Shown: piece after piece, positions 49,783 through 60,002 of the stretch
Layout: each line of letters opens with the position of its first letter
Position numbering within the stretch: position 1 is the first letter of the stretch
From: a virus
Taxonomy: Duplodnaviria > Caudoviricetes
Direction: 5' to 3' (one strand)
Length of the DNA stretch: 64,000 nt
Virus record (IMG/VR): IMGVR_UViG_3300020037_004820
Position numbers and translations under genes: made by a program
Notes under the pieces: generated by a model
What the model was told of the DNA's origin: nothing
Databases searched by the model: none
Seen by the model: the letters and a program-made list of their open reading frames with translations, nothing else

Positions 49783-52115
49783 TGGAGTTTGGGGAATTAG
49801 ATCAATTTCTTTTGATAAGATATCTAGAAAAAATTGTTTCTTGGCATAAAAATTTCGAAGGGACTAACAATCCGTATAACAATCTAATAATGGTTCAAGG
49901 CAACAGACCAGATGTTACTTTTAACAGAATACTAAATTGTGATAAAGATGTTTATACATTTTTCAATAATTTAAATTCTATACAAAAAGCTACAATGATG
50001 CCTAAGTTAGAATTGTATTATATGACAAAGGAAGGATATAAACTGATAAATTTTAGAAATTTTCCTGATTTTGATGAATTTAGAAATTTTGCAACTAATA
50101 CTAAAAAAGAATTTTCTTTTAAAGAAGGACAAGAGAAAGAAGATGGTGTAGGATTAAAAAAGATTACAATATCTGATAAAAATCAAAATCCCGGATCTGT
50201 TAATTTGGAATGTACTGTAGAATTATTTTTCGACAATATTTTAGCATTAACTAATAGTTCTATATTACAATTGATTCGTGTACCTGAAACACGCTCTAGT
50301 AAATCGGAGAGAGATTTTAGACTTAAGTTAGTAGCTGGTTGGCATACTCCGGTAGATGTTAGTAATGAAATATTCTCAACTAAACAACTTGAGTATATAG
50401 AAAGATCAAATGTTGTGTATCTATTGTCTCTTGTTAAACATGATTTATCTTTTAATCAGAATGGATCAATAACTTTAACAATTCATTATCAAGGAGCTTT
50501 AGAAAAATATTTAGCTTCATCATCAGAGATGGATATATTCAGTGTATCATCTGAAGCACAAATGTATAAATTTTTATTAGATATTTCAAAAGCAGATACA
50601 GCAAACATAAAATATCTGCAAGATTATATAACTCAAACTCATAATAAAATCTTGTATGAAGCACAGTTGGAAACAATTTCTAAACAAAGATTAACAGCAA
50701 CTGAAAAGGCTAGAATAGATTTAGGAGAAAATTTATCTGGAGATAGAAATCAAACATCAGAAGCATTTAAATTAAACGCAGAAGCCGAAAAAGAAATTGA
50801 AGCTAAATTATCAGAAACTCTAAAAAGAATTTCGGAATATGAATTGTATATTATAAAAACAAAATATTCTAGATTTTTAACTGCTTTAGAAAATTCTCAA
50901 AGATTATTCTTTTTGCCAATATTATCGGATACATACTCTGGTTTACATAAAGATTTATTAACAAATAATGCAAAGTTTTGGGAACCTGTTTTGGATATAA
51001 CTCCTATTAATCCTGAAAATTTTGCAAAAACAGAAAATAGAGATGCTTTGTATACATTGCAAAGAAAGAAAAATATAGCATATCAAACAATTATAGAACA
51101 GATCTATGCGGCAAATGGAGATGAATCAAAATTATCAGAAATAACTGCCAATGCTTTTACATTTGGTTTAGATCAACTTGCTCCTAGTTTTAGACAAACT
51201 CCTGGGCCTTCTAATAAATATATCGTATATACAACTTTAGGAGATATTGTCAATATTGCTAGAGGATTTGTTGAGATTCCAGAAGCTGATCATACTGAGA
51301 TACTTTTGGGGCCGTGTTTGGTAGGAAAAATATCTATTAATATTGCAAGCTTTCCTATCGCTCTTTCTACTTTTATGACTTGGTTTGTTAATTCTGTAAT
51401 ACGAAAAGCTGTTAGAAAGTATCAATTTTGGGATTTCATTTACGATATCATAGGCGCGCTAATTGCTCCTGTTTTATTGACAACAGGATTAATTCCTAAT
51501 CAAGCTGTTAACTTAAATCTATCAACAGCTATCGTCATATCTGATCAACAATTAGAAAAAGGTAAATCTTATTTAGATGAAAATATGTTTCATTTTCTTT
51601 CTAAAAATATTTTCAATACTCAACAAATTTATTCATATATGGTCTTATATATGAAAGATTATGAAATAGATAAAAGAGATGGAATACTAGAAGAAGATAT
51701 GCAAAATGGTATATATCATTTCGGCATATTTAAAGATAGAGGAATTGTTAAAAGCATAGATTTCACTAAATTAGATTTTCCTAGATTAAGAGATATGCGT
51801 TTAGTAACAGAAGGATTTAACAATGCAGGAGATTTATTGAGAGAACATTACCAAATGACTTTGAAAACTATAGGTTCTCCTTTATTTATTGTTGGTTCTC
51901 AGGTTTATTTTGATGGATCGTATTTAGGAGAGACTGGTAGAAATATAACAGAATTAATAGGTTTAGGTGGATATTATATAATCACAAATATAGAGACGAC
52001 AATTTCTAAGGAATTATATGAAACAGAAGTAAAATGTTTGTGGACAAGTATGCGTAAAACTAGTGCAGAAGGTTATAGAATTGTGGATGTTGGAAAATTA
52101 GAGGCAGAAAAATGA
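49779..52115 (+). CDS. Baseplate hub-like protein (gp27/gpD-like)
   Basis: Follows the LysM gene; C-terminal LKTIGSPLFIVG..YF..GLGGYYIITNIE..YETEV pattern. Confidence 0.6.
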   Translation: MMEFGELDQFLLIRYLEKIVSWHKNFEGTNNPYNNLIMVQGNRPDVTFNRILNCDKDVYTFFNNLNSIQKATMMPKLELYYMTKEGYKLINFRNFPDFDEFRNFATNTKKEFSFKEGQEKEDGVGLKKITISDKNQNPGSVNLECTVELFFDNILALTNSSILQLIRVPETRSSKSERDFRLKLVAGWHTPVDVSNEIFSTKQLEYIERSNVVYLLSLVKHDLSFNQNGSITLTIHYQGALEKYLASSSEMDIFSVSSEAQMYKFLLDISKADTANIKYLQDYITQTHNKILYEAQLETISKQRLTATEKARIDLGENLSGDRNQTSEAFKLNAEAEKEIEAKLSETLKRISEYELYIIKTKYSRFLTALENSQRLFFLPILSDTYSGLHKDLLTNNAKFWEPVLDITPINPENFAKTENRDALYTLQRKKNIAYQTIIEQIYAANGDESKLSEITANAFTFGLDQLAPSFRQTPGPSNKYIVYTTLGDIVNIARGFVEIPEADHTEILLGPCLVGKISINIASFPIALSTFMTWFVNSVIRKAVRKYQFWDFIYDIIGALIAPVLLTTGLIPNQAVNLNLSTAIVISDQQLEKGKSYLDENMFHFLSKNIFNTQQIYSYMVLYMKDYEIDKRDGILEEDMQNGIYHFGIFKDRGIVKSIDFTKLDFPRLRDMRLVTEGFNNAGDLLREHYQMTLKTIGSPLFIVGSQVYFDGSYLGETGRNITELIGLGGYYIITNIETTISKELYETEVKCLWTSMRKTSAEGYRIVDVGKLEAEK

Positions 52116-53128
52116 TAAGAGAATTATTTGAAAATAATGATACATATGAATCTGCGGTAGTGAATGCTAATTTATTAGATTTTTCGCAAGTCAGAGAATA
52201 TGGATTTATTTGTAAAGACAGATTGTATATTCCAAATAATTTATTCATTAAGCCAAGTATAAAACAGCCTGTGATCAATTTTGTAGATTCAAATGAGGCA
52301 TTAGACAAGTTGTTGAGTCACATCCGTAACCACTGCACATTTGGTAGAATACCTACAACTTCTAAATTTCACATAAACAATATTAAATTGACCAAATCGT
52401 ACATAAATTCCGAAGATTTATACAAATCGTATATGTTTATATTATTATCCAATTTTTTGGATAAAATGCCGCAAACAGACTTCACAACCTTTTCAGAATT
52501 TTTTAATAAATTTGTGTATGAAATGTACACAGATATAAAATTTATGAGTGATTTTATGAAGTCAGAAATAGTATCTATATTTTCAACAGGATTAGCTTAT
52601 CAAATATTTGATGAAAAAAAACCTGATATGGAAATTGCAAAATCTTATATACAAGATGATTTCTTCTATATATTCAAAAACATATGTTTACAATATAATT
52701 TCATAATTGACAAACATATGCCCTGGATTATAGTCTACCGTGTGTCGGAAGAATATTTGACCGACAATATCAATAGATATAAGAGCGTATATGCATCAGA
52801 TATGAGCATATTTTTCTCGGTAATGAAGATATTATATACGTATTATGTGCGTAATATTTTGAATCAAGATTTATATAATAACGTAGATATAGACAACTTT
52901 TCATTGTCTAAAGATGCGATATTGAACTTATACATCGAAAAAAAATTAGAAATCCAGTATATTAAATATACAAAAGATGATTTCCTTTCATTAAAGAATT
53001 TCTTTAAAACGAATACTCTGTATAACGGACTTGAAAGCAGTGCTCATAAACTCAACAATATTAAACAAGTCAGTGATGCCGTTTATGATGATTGGCAACA
53101 AATATATCTCGGATTGGGGAATAACTGA
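52112..53128 (+). CDS. Hypothetical protein
   Basis: 338 aa, aromatic-rich; FIIDKHMPW. Confidence 0.55.
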   Translation: MIRELFENNDTYESAVVNANLLDFSQVREYGFICKDRLYIPNNLFIKPSIKQPVINFVDSNEALDKLLSHIRNHCTFGRIPTTSKFHINNIKLTKSYINSEDLYKSYMFILLSNFLDKMPQTDFTTFSEFFNKFVYEMYTDIKFMSDFMKSEIVSIFSTGLAYQIFDEKKPDMEIAKSYIQDDFFYIFKNICLQYNFIIDKHMPWIIVYRVSEEYLTDNINRYKSVYASDMSIFFSVMKILYTYYVRNILNQDLYNNVDIDNFSLSKDAILNLYIEKKLEIQYIKYTKDDFLSLKNFFKTNTLYNGLESSAHKLNNIKQVSDAVYDDWQQIYLGLGNN

Positions 53129-54215
53129 TACACTACCTGTAATAGATAATAATATTTACATTTCTGTTTATTTCGAAAAATCATTTTTATTTAGAGAAGA
53201 TATTTTATATCTTCCGTGTTTGATTAATTCTTACAATTATCACATCTATTTAACCGGCTATTATAACTTTAACTCATTCAAATCCTGTTATGAGAAGTTC
53301 AAAGCTGAACTTCGTTCACTATACGTTTGTCGTTTTAATATTTCTGACTTTACTAATTTTTTGAATGAGAAAGTTATTCTATCCTTTTACAAAGAGTATA
53401 AAGAGGCAATTCTATTCTTATACGAAAAATTCAACTTTGTAGAAGATTATGAGCATAAAGCAAAAGCATTTATAATTTCTGAGTATATCAGTTTTGGTAA
53501 ACTATTATATGATGACAAATATGTGAAAATATCTTTCAATCCTTTTACAGATTATGGAAGATTTGGTTTAAATGCGAACTCTTTTAATATATTATCTTTA
53601 GCCAAAGATAAACGTTATAAATTGGATGCGGATAAAGACTTCGAATTTTTCGAATATGATTACAATGCATTTGAGATAAGAGTATTGTTAGCTTTACTGA
53701 AAATCAATCAACCTAAAGGAGATTTATACGAAGTATTGCATAATATGTCAAACGATTATAGACAACGTTCTCAGTTTAAACAATTTCTAATATCTTCAAT
53801 ATATTCGAAAAACGAAGATAAAACAGTTCTCTATAATTTTATGAAAAATAGAGAGTTTTATAAACAATATCAAATTGTAGAAGGGCATGTAACAAATATC
53901 TTTGGAAAGAAGATGGAGTCTGATGAGTATCATATTTTGTCTAGAGTGCTGCAATCTTCGGCAGCGTATATATTATACCAACAAATGTACGAACTAGCTT
54001 TCTTTATAGAAACGAATAAATTGAAAACAAGGATAGCATTTTGTATACATGATTCAGTATGTTTGATGATTCATAAAGATGAACATCAATATATTGATCA
54101 ATTTAAACAGATATTAGCCACAGTTAATATAAAAAAGTTAAATTATGAATCATTTTTTGAATTGAAAATAAAACGTGGAAAAAATTACGGAGAAATGAAA
54201 GCATATGAAACTTAA
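53031..54215 (+). CDS. Miniature family-A DNA polymerase-like protein (polymerase domain only)
   Basis: YGR, motif A EYDYNAFEIRVL, motif B R..FK..LISSIY, LQSSAA, motif C IHDSV; true start may be 53076-53088. Confidence 0.75.
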   Translation: MKAVLINSTILNKSVMPFMMIGNKYISDWGITDTLPVIDNNIYISVYFEKSFLFREDILYLPCLINSYNYHIYLTGYYNFNSFKSCYEKFKAELRSLYVCRFNISDFTNFLNEKVILSFYKEYKEAILFLYEKFNFVEDYEHKAKAFIISEYISFGKLLYDDKYVKISFNPFTDYGRFGLNANSFNILSLAKDKRYKLDADKDFEFFEYDYNAFEIRVLLALLKINQPKGDLYEVLHNMSNDYRQRSQFKQFLISSIYSKNEDKTVLYNFMKNREFYKQYQIVEGHVTNIFGKKMESDEYHILSRVLQSSAAYILYQQMYELAFFIETNKLKTRIAFCIHDSVCLMIHKDEHQYIDQFKQILATVNIKKLNYESFFELKIKRGKNYGEMKAYET

Positions 54216-55002
54216 TTTAGTAGGAATAGGTTCTTTTTCCTCACAAATAGTTGATCGATTACATGATGAAGATTGCCAAAGTATTATATATCGAGAAAAC
54301 CTTGCGGATCTTGATTTAGAATCAAATGAGATGAGCTTTCAAGCATCTGACAGCCTGATCACGTACAATATGTCTAATATACAAGAAACGTTTTGTTTCG
54401 TTGATTGTAAAGAAGGAATAGCGGGCATCACGCTTTCTCTATTGAAGAAATTTTCTGAAAAGGATATAACGGTATTTATGCTGGTATATAATTGCCAGTC
54501 AATAACTGAGAAAATGAATCAGAAAATAACCTATAACGTATTACAGGAATATGCGCGCAGTGGAGTGTTTAAGGGTGTATTCATATTGAATTATGATAAC
54601 CTATTTGATCAGATTGTTAATGGTATGCCAGAAAATGAGGCTATATCTATAAATGATGTCAATATTAAAGTAATTGACAAGTTAATATTTGGTGTGCATG
54701 TATACTGGAGATTGAATAACGAAACATATATGGAAGGCGAGCAGATTCGCTTCCAAGATACTATTTATAGAATCAAAACGTTCTTTGACCAAGTTGGAGA
54801 AACTGACTATACATATGGAGACATATTATATATAGGTAATCGAATTTTAGTCAAAGGACTTAAAGAGAAGATGCAAAAACAAGATCTTTTAGATTTGCAA
54901 AAATTTAAAAAAAGAATCAAAGAACGAGGAGATAGATATATTCTACTCAAATCAGAATTTGATTTCGTTCTTGGGATTGCAGAATCAAAAATAGTACAAT
55001 AA
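54205..55002 (+). CDS. Degenerate tubulin/FtsZ-like protein
   Basis: N-terminal LVGIGSFSSQIVD resembles the FtsZ IGVGGGG.N loop; CKEGIAG at the expected GGGTG position; VLQEYARSGVF..ILNYDN. Confidence 0.5.
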   Translation: MKLNLVGIGSFSSQIVDRLHDEDCQSIIYRENLADLDLESNEMSFQASDSLITYNMSNIQETFCFVDCKEGIAGITLSLLKKFSEKDITVFMLVYNCQSITEKMNQKITYNVLQEYARSGVFKGVFILNYDNLFDQIVNGMPENEAISINDVNIKVIDKLIFGVHVYWRLNNETYMEGEQIRFQDTIYRIKTFFDQVGETDYTYGDILYIGNRILVKGLKEKMQKQDLLDLQKFKKRIKERGDRYILLKSEFDFVLGIAESKIVQ

Positions 55003-55030
55003 ATAACAAACTAGAACAGAGGTAACATCA

Positions 55031-55894
55031 ATGACTGAACAATTAAACAAATTTCAAGAGCTATTAAACAAGAACAAATTTAATCCTGAAAGTGTGCTTC
55101 CCAAGCAGGATTTAAAAGAAGAAGATTTACGAAGATCATATAAACTGAAAAACGGTGCAAATGATTGGAGAATCATAGCTTGGGACGATGGATCTATCAT
55201 CCAAAAAAACTGGATTCATATGAATCTTGGTATTCCTTTCTTTTGCCCAAATAAGTTGGATAAAACTGAAAAATGCCCAGATTGTGATTTTGGTTGGAAA
55301 TTGTATAACGATAATGGTAAGCAACATACCGAAGAATCTAGAAACTTTTTGGCACAAGAAAAGTGGACAATTCGAGGAATTGCAAGAGCAGAAGAAAAAG
55401 AAGATATCGAAAAATTCGGTTATCCAAGAATTCGTTTCTTAGATTTATCACCTACTAATGGTGCAACAGTAGAATCTTACTTTACTCCTCCACAGATTAA
55501 AAAGTGGGGAAATCTTTCTGATTATTTTACAGGTAGAGATATAGAATTAAATAAGGATGAGGCAAAAGCGAAAGCAAGACAGGCATCTACAGTAATAGAA
55601 AGAAGTGCTGTACAAACTCCTGTATTTGCAGAACTGGACCCTAAAGATCAAAAATTCGAAGATATGTTTGTTAAGATGTTTGAAAATGCAACTCCTAACG
55701 AAGATAGATTTGAAAAGAAAACATATAAAGAAATTCTAGAATTAATGGAAAACTTTAGACGCAAGAATTCTTCTAAAGAAGAAAAAACTGAAACTGAAGA
55801 TTTCTCTGTTACATCTTCTGGATTTTCGGCTGCATCTTCCTCATTAGCTGAACAATCTAATGAAGATATGGATGCGGTTGCAAAAAGATTCTAA
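55031..55894 (+). CDS. Single-stranded DNA-binding protein (gp32-like)
   Basis: WRII, H..CP......CPDC zinc site, TGRDIEL, acidic C-terminal tail. Confidence 0.8.
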   Translation: MTEQLNKFQELLNKNKFNPESVLPKQDLKEEDLRRSYKLKNGANDWRIIAWDDGSIIQKNWIHMNLGIPFFCPNKLDKTEKCPDCDFGWKLYNDNGKQHTEESRNFLAQEKWTIRGIARAEEKEDIEKFGYPRIRFLDLSPTNGATVESYFTPPQIKKWGNLSDYFTGRDIELNKDEAKAKARQASTVIERSAVQTPVFAELDPKDQKFEDMFVKMFENATPNEDRFEKKTYKEILELMENFRRKNSSKEEKTETEDFSVTSSGFSAASSSLAEQSNEDMDAVAKRF

Positions 55895-55901
55895 ATAACG
55901 T

Positions 55902-55963
55902 AGACTTAGAAATCCCTATATGGATTAGTGCATGCATTAATTTGTATAGGGATTTCTTTGTCT
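55902..55963 (+). promoter_or_regulatory. Long intergenic RNA hairpin between ssb and recA
   Basis: 62-nt inverted repeat; stem of about 27 bp including 4 G-U pairs and a 2x2 U-U loop; abuts the GGAG RBS. Confidence 0.75.
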
Positions 55964-55976
55964 GGAGCATAATAAA

Positions 55977-57128
55977 ATGTCTGATAAAGAAGAAAAACCA
56001 GAGAAAGTAAAGAAAGAAAATAAGTTTCTTAATGCAACCGACATTAAAGAAATGATTAATAAGTCTACAGGCAATAAAAATGCTTACAACCTATTAATGG
56101 ATGATCCAACTGCCGTAACTGGTTGGATTAGATCTGGAAATAGGTTACTAGATTCCAACATCTGTGAAGGTAAAGTGGCAGGTCTTCCAGAAGGAAGAAT
56201 AACAATGTATGCTGCCGAATCAGGTATTGGTAAATCTTTCATAGCAATTGAGCATTGTAAACATGCTATAGATGAAGGAATACATCCAGTCTATTTCTGT
56301 TCTGAGCCAGGTGGTATCGAATCTGATTTCTTGTTAAAAGTTCTTGGTGAAGAAAGAATGCAAAATTTCACATATGTTGAAATTACATTTATGGAAGAAA
56401 TGTTTGAAACTATTGAAGCATTGATGGCAAATACAAAGAACAAATACTTATTTGTTTGGGATAGTCTTGCAGCAACTCCTTCCAGAATGGAAACAGAAGG
56501 TGGATTTGATGCTTCCTCGTACTTTGCGGTTGCTGCAAAAGCGGCTGCATTGGGCTTGAAGAAAATATTAGTTCCATTGTCTAGACGAAATTGTACATTA
56601 TTGATTCTAAATCAAGTTAGAGAAAATATTGGCGCAACCAAATACGACTTAATGACACCAAGTAAACGATTCAAAATTCCTGGTGGAAAAATGGTTGTAT
56701 TCTGTTGCTCACTTGTTCTTTTGTTATTCGCAAAAGCAACTAAAGCCGCAGCATTGATAGATGAGAATGAGCAAAGAATCGGGAAAACAGGAGAAGCTTA
56801 TTTCCTAAAATCTAGATTCAGAACAGAAGGACGTTCTATACCAATTGCTTTCACATGGGCGGGAGATAATCCACATTTCCATGATGAAGAATTATGGGCC
56901 GAAGCTCTTAAGGAAAGAGGTATAATAAAAACATCTGGACCATCGACAAAGATTACTTTTAAAGATGGTACAGAACATAGAATAAAAATGGATAATTGGA
57001 TGGAACATCTAAAAGATCCAATCTTTAAAAAGAAAGTAGAAGAAATCCTTGATGATGCCTTTATATATAACTATAAAGGTCCTACTCAAGAAAATGTTAT
57101 AAATATATCAGAAATGATCGAGGAATAA
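55977..57128 (+). CDS. recA: RecA/UvsX-like recombinase
   Basis: GLPEGRI, Walker A AESGIGKS, VWDSLAA, ILNQVR, PGGK, KSRF. Confidence 0.92.
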   Translation: MSDKEEKPEKVKKENKFLNATDIKEMINKSTGNKNAYNLLMDDPTAVTGWIRSGNRLLDSNICEGKVAGLPEGRITMYAAESGIGKSFIAIEHCKHAIDEGIHPVYFCSEPGGIESDFLLKVLGEERMQNFTYVEITFMEEMFETIEALMANTKNKYLFVWDSLAATPSRMETEGGFDASSYFAVAAKAAALGLKKILVPLSRRNCTLLILNQVRENIGATKYDLMTPSKRFKIPGGKMVVFCCSLVLLLFAKATKAAALIDENEQRIGKTGEAYFLKSRFRTEGRSIPIAFTWAGDNPHFHDEELWAEALKERGIIKTSGPSTKITFKDGTEHRIKMDNWMEHLKDPIFKKKVEEILDDAFIYNYKGPTQENVINISEMIEE

Positions 57129-57129
57129 T

Positions 57130-57330
57130 ATGATATGTAACTGTACTGGAAATTGTATGAGAGTTTGCTCAGTTTGTTATAGACGATTGGGATGCTCTGG
57201 AGCATGCGATTGCATGTCTAGAATATTTAATTTGCGGATAATACAACCTATGCCGACTGTCATACAGTTTCCAGACACAGTTATATATGACGATGATATT
57301 AGATGGTATTATGCTCAAGAAGAAGATTAA
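57130..57330 (+). CDS. Small cysteine-rich protein
   Basis: 8 Cys in the first 28 aa; GAGG RBS. Confidence 0.55.
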   Translation: MICNCTGNCMRVCSVCYRRLGCSGACDCMSRIFNLRIIQPMPTVIQFPDTVIYDDDIRWYYAQEED

Positions 57331-57344
57331 ACTATTTGGAGAAT

Positions 57345-58355
57345 ATGCAGGACAAAAATCAAATGCATGATAAAAAGAAAGTATTGATCATAGATGCGAA
57401 TAATATGCTCTTTAGATCATATTGCGCCAATCCTGCGTTAAGCGTAAAAGGACATCATGTTGGAGGAATTTTAGGATTTTTCTATTCTTTGCAAAAAGCA
57501 ATTAAAGATGTCAATCCTCATCGAATTTTTATAGTGTGGGATGGACGTGGTGGGTCTAAAAAGCGTAGAGAAATTGTACCAGAATATAAAGAAGGTAGAA
57601 AAGCGCCCAAACCAATGACGCTAAATAGAACACATGATATTCAATTAAGTCCAGATGAAGAAAAAATCTCTTTATATTATCAGCAAGGGAAAGTAATAGA
57701 ATTGCTCAACAATTTTCCATTTGTTCAATTATGTGAAAATGGGGTAGAGGCTGACGATTTCATATCGTACTTATGCAACAAATACTCAATAGCTGACAAC
57801 TATATGAAGGTGATTATATCTAATGACAAGGATTTCATTCAATTAACTAATGAATCTACGATACTGTATAGACCTGCTACAGAAGAATATCTTACCTATA
57901 AAAGCTTTTTAAAATCGGAAGGAATACATCCTAACAACATGGCTTTAGCAAGAGCTGTTGAAGGGGATAAAGGAGATAATCTCGAAGGTGTAAAAGGGGT
58001 AGGAAGAAAAACTTTAGTTAAAATATTTCCTGAATTATCTTTGCCTAAATTTGTAACAACTGATGAATTTTTTGAAATGTGTGAACAACGAGATTGTAGA
58101 CCTTCTAAATTGATTTTAGAATTCAAAGATAAAGTTAAAAGAAATTATGACGTTATGCAGTTATATATGCCAATGGTGCCTGCTATAACTGCGGTAAAGA
58201 TAGATAATCAAATTGATAGTTATGTGCCAGATGTATCTGTTCCTACTTTTTATGAAACTATTTCACAAGAAGGAATAGAAAAAGCATCTTTCGCAGCTAT
58301 GACTAATCATGCATATAAAATGCTAAAGGATTACAACAATGAACGAAGCAACTGA
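57345..58355 (+). CDS. 5'-3' exonuclease / T4 RNase H-like flap nuclease
   Basis: IIDANN, VWDG, YKEGR, EADD, SNDKDFIQL, GDKGDNLEGVKGVGRKT; ATG 57345 follows GGAG. Confidence 0.93.
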   Translation: MQDKNQMHDKKKVLIIDANNMLFRSYCANPALSVKGHHVGGILGFFYSLQKAIKDVNPHRIFIVWDGRGGSKKRREIVPEYKEGRKAPKPMTLNRTHDIQLSPDEEKISLYYQQGKVIELLNNFPFVQLCENGVEADDFISYLCNKYSIADNYMKVIISNDKDFIQLTNESTILYRPATEEYLTYKSFLKSEGIHPNNMALARAVEGDKGDNLEGVKGVGRKTLVKIFPELSLPKFVTTDEFFEMCEQRDCRPSKLILEFKDKVKRNYDVMQLYMPMVPAITAVKIDNQIDSYVPDVSVPTFYETISQEGIEKASFAAMTNHAYKMLKDYNNERSN

Positions 58356-59733
58356 TACCGCCGAAGAACTTAGCTTAAAATCTACAACTAAAGCATCTTT
58401 TTCTAAATATCCCGAACATTTTCAAGTTAATCTAGTTAAACTAATACTTGAAGACAGAGCATTTGCTGCACAAATGCAAGAAGTTTTAGATATATCATAT
58501 TTTGATACAGATTATCTTAAAATAATAGTTGAAAATGTCTTCAATTATAAAGACAAATATGGAACACATCCTGCTACTGAAACGATCGATATGATTTTTG
58601 CTACACAGTTGCGTTCTGTTGATCCGATTAAAAAAGATCAAGTTACGAAATTTTGGGATCATTTTAAGAAAAATAGAACCATAGAAGATCCAGAATATTA
58701 CATGAAAATAGCGTTGGATTTTTGTCGTTCGGAAAAGGTTTTACAAGCGTTACAGAAATCTATTCCATATCTAAAATCCAATGAAATTGATGTTTTCATG
58801 GATAACATGACTAAAGCGGCTGCGCTTGGTTCATCGCAAAACTTCGGACACGACTATTTCGAAGATTTCGAGAAACGATATGAAAAGGATCATCGTGAGC
58901 CAGTTACAACAGGCTGGCCGGAATTAGATGAGGTTACAAAAGGCGGAATTGGTAAAGGCGAAATTTTCGTCTATGTTGCTCCTCAATCAATGGGTAAAAG
59001 TTCTAGAATGGTTTACACAGCTTGTAAAAATTTGCAAGCTGGACATAACGTTGTTTATTTTACATTAGAAATGCCGGAAGTAGAAATTGGACAGAAATTC
59101 GATTCTTGTTTGACAGAAATTCATTTAGAAAAATTAGTTGACAATAAAGAAGAAATTAGAAAATGTCTAGAAGAATTACCTGGTAAACTAAAGATTATAG
59201 AAGAAGAATACTGTGCAACAACTCCTAGACGTATTTTCAATAAAGTCAAAAAATTGGAAGATACTGGATTCGCAGTTGATCTAGTTGTTATAGATTATGC
59301 AGACGTTTGCGCACCAACTAAATCTATAAAAGATGATGATGGTATCATCGGCGGCATACATGTGTATTCAGAAATGAAAACTCTTACTCAAAGACATCAA
59401 AAACGTACTTTGACTGCTGCTCAAACAAACAGAGAAGGTGCAGAAGCTGACGTTATTACACCTAAGCACTTTGAAGGAAGATTCCAAAGATTTAATCCTT
59501 GTCACTTCGTTGTTGGTTTTTCTAGATCAGGAAGAGTTAAAGATCTCAAAACTCGTTTAGGACCTGCATTCTTATTCTCAGAAGAAAGAGATTTCGGAAG
59601 AGTATGGACAAAACTGCACAAAGATAGTACAGATGATATGGACCATATGGCAAATAATGTTTCCAAAGCAAAAAGCTCAAAATCTATTCAGGAAGCATTA
59701 AGTCAATTCTTACATGCAAGAGGTGAAAAATGA
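58339..59733 (+). CDS. dnaB: Replicative DnaB-like helicase
   Basis: TGWPELD, Walker A APQSMGKS, FTLEM, VIDYAD, TAAQTNR, KTR. Confidence 0.9.
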   Translation: MNEATDTAEELSLKSTTKASFSKYPEHFQVNLVKLILEDRAFAAQMQEVLDISYFDTDYLKIIVENVFNYKDKYGTHPATETIDMIFATQLRSVDPIKKDQVTKFWDHFKKNRTIEDPEYYMKIALDFCRSEKVLQALQKSIPYLKSNEIDVFMDNMTKAAALGSSQNFGHDYFEDFEKRYEKDHREPVTTGWPELDEVTKGGIGKGEIFVYVAPQSMGKSSRMVYTACKNLQAGHNVVYFTLEMPEVEIGQKFDSCLTEIHLEKLVDNKEEIRKCLEELPGKLKIIEEEYCATTPRRIFNKVKKLEDTGFAVDLVVIDYADVCAPTKSIKDDDGIIGGIHVYSEMKTLTQRHQKRTLTAAQTNREGAEADVITPKHFEGRFQRFNPCHFVVGFSRSGRVKDLKTRLGPAFLFSEERDFGRVWTKLHKDSTDDMDHMANNVSKAKSSKSIQEALSQFLHARGEK

Positions 59734-59999
59734 TAAGTGCGTTAGAAGCTAGAGACTATGTGGAAAAAAAAGCTAAACGTGATAAAGAATTATATGATTT
59801 AAATTTTCCTGCGGTATATGCTGCTGCCCAAACCAAATTAGAGCTTTCTATACAAACTGCTACAGAATATGGACATACCCAAACACATATAATGATTCAT
59901 GATATCAACTTAGCAGAGCAGTTAGAAAGAGAATGTATCCAATTAGGATATAAAGTAAAATACAATCCTAAAGAAAAAACATTCAAAGTGGAGTGGTGA
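59730..59999 (+). CDS. Hypothetical protein
   Basis: 89 aa, ATGA coupling, GAGGTG RBS. Confidence 0.6.
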   Translation: MISALEARDYVEKKAKRDKELYDLNFPAVYAAAQTKLELSIQTATEYGHTQTHIMIHDINLAEQLERECIQLGYKVKYNPKEKTFKVEW

Positions 60000-60002
60000 T
60001 AT

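Noticed and set aside
54205-55002. Canonical PhuZ / nucleus-forming phage system
   Set aside because: The GGGTG signature is absent, no shell-protein candidate is visible, and the structural module is T4-like
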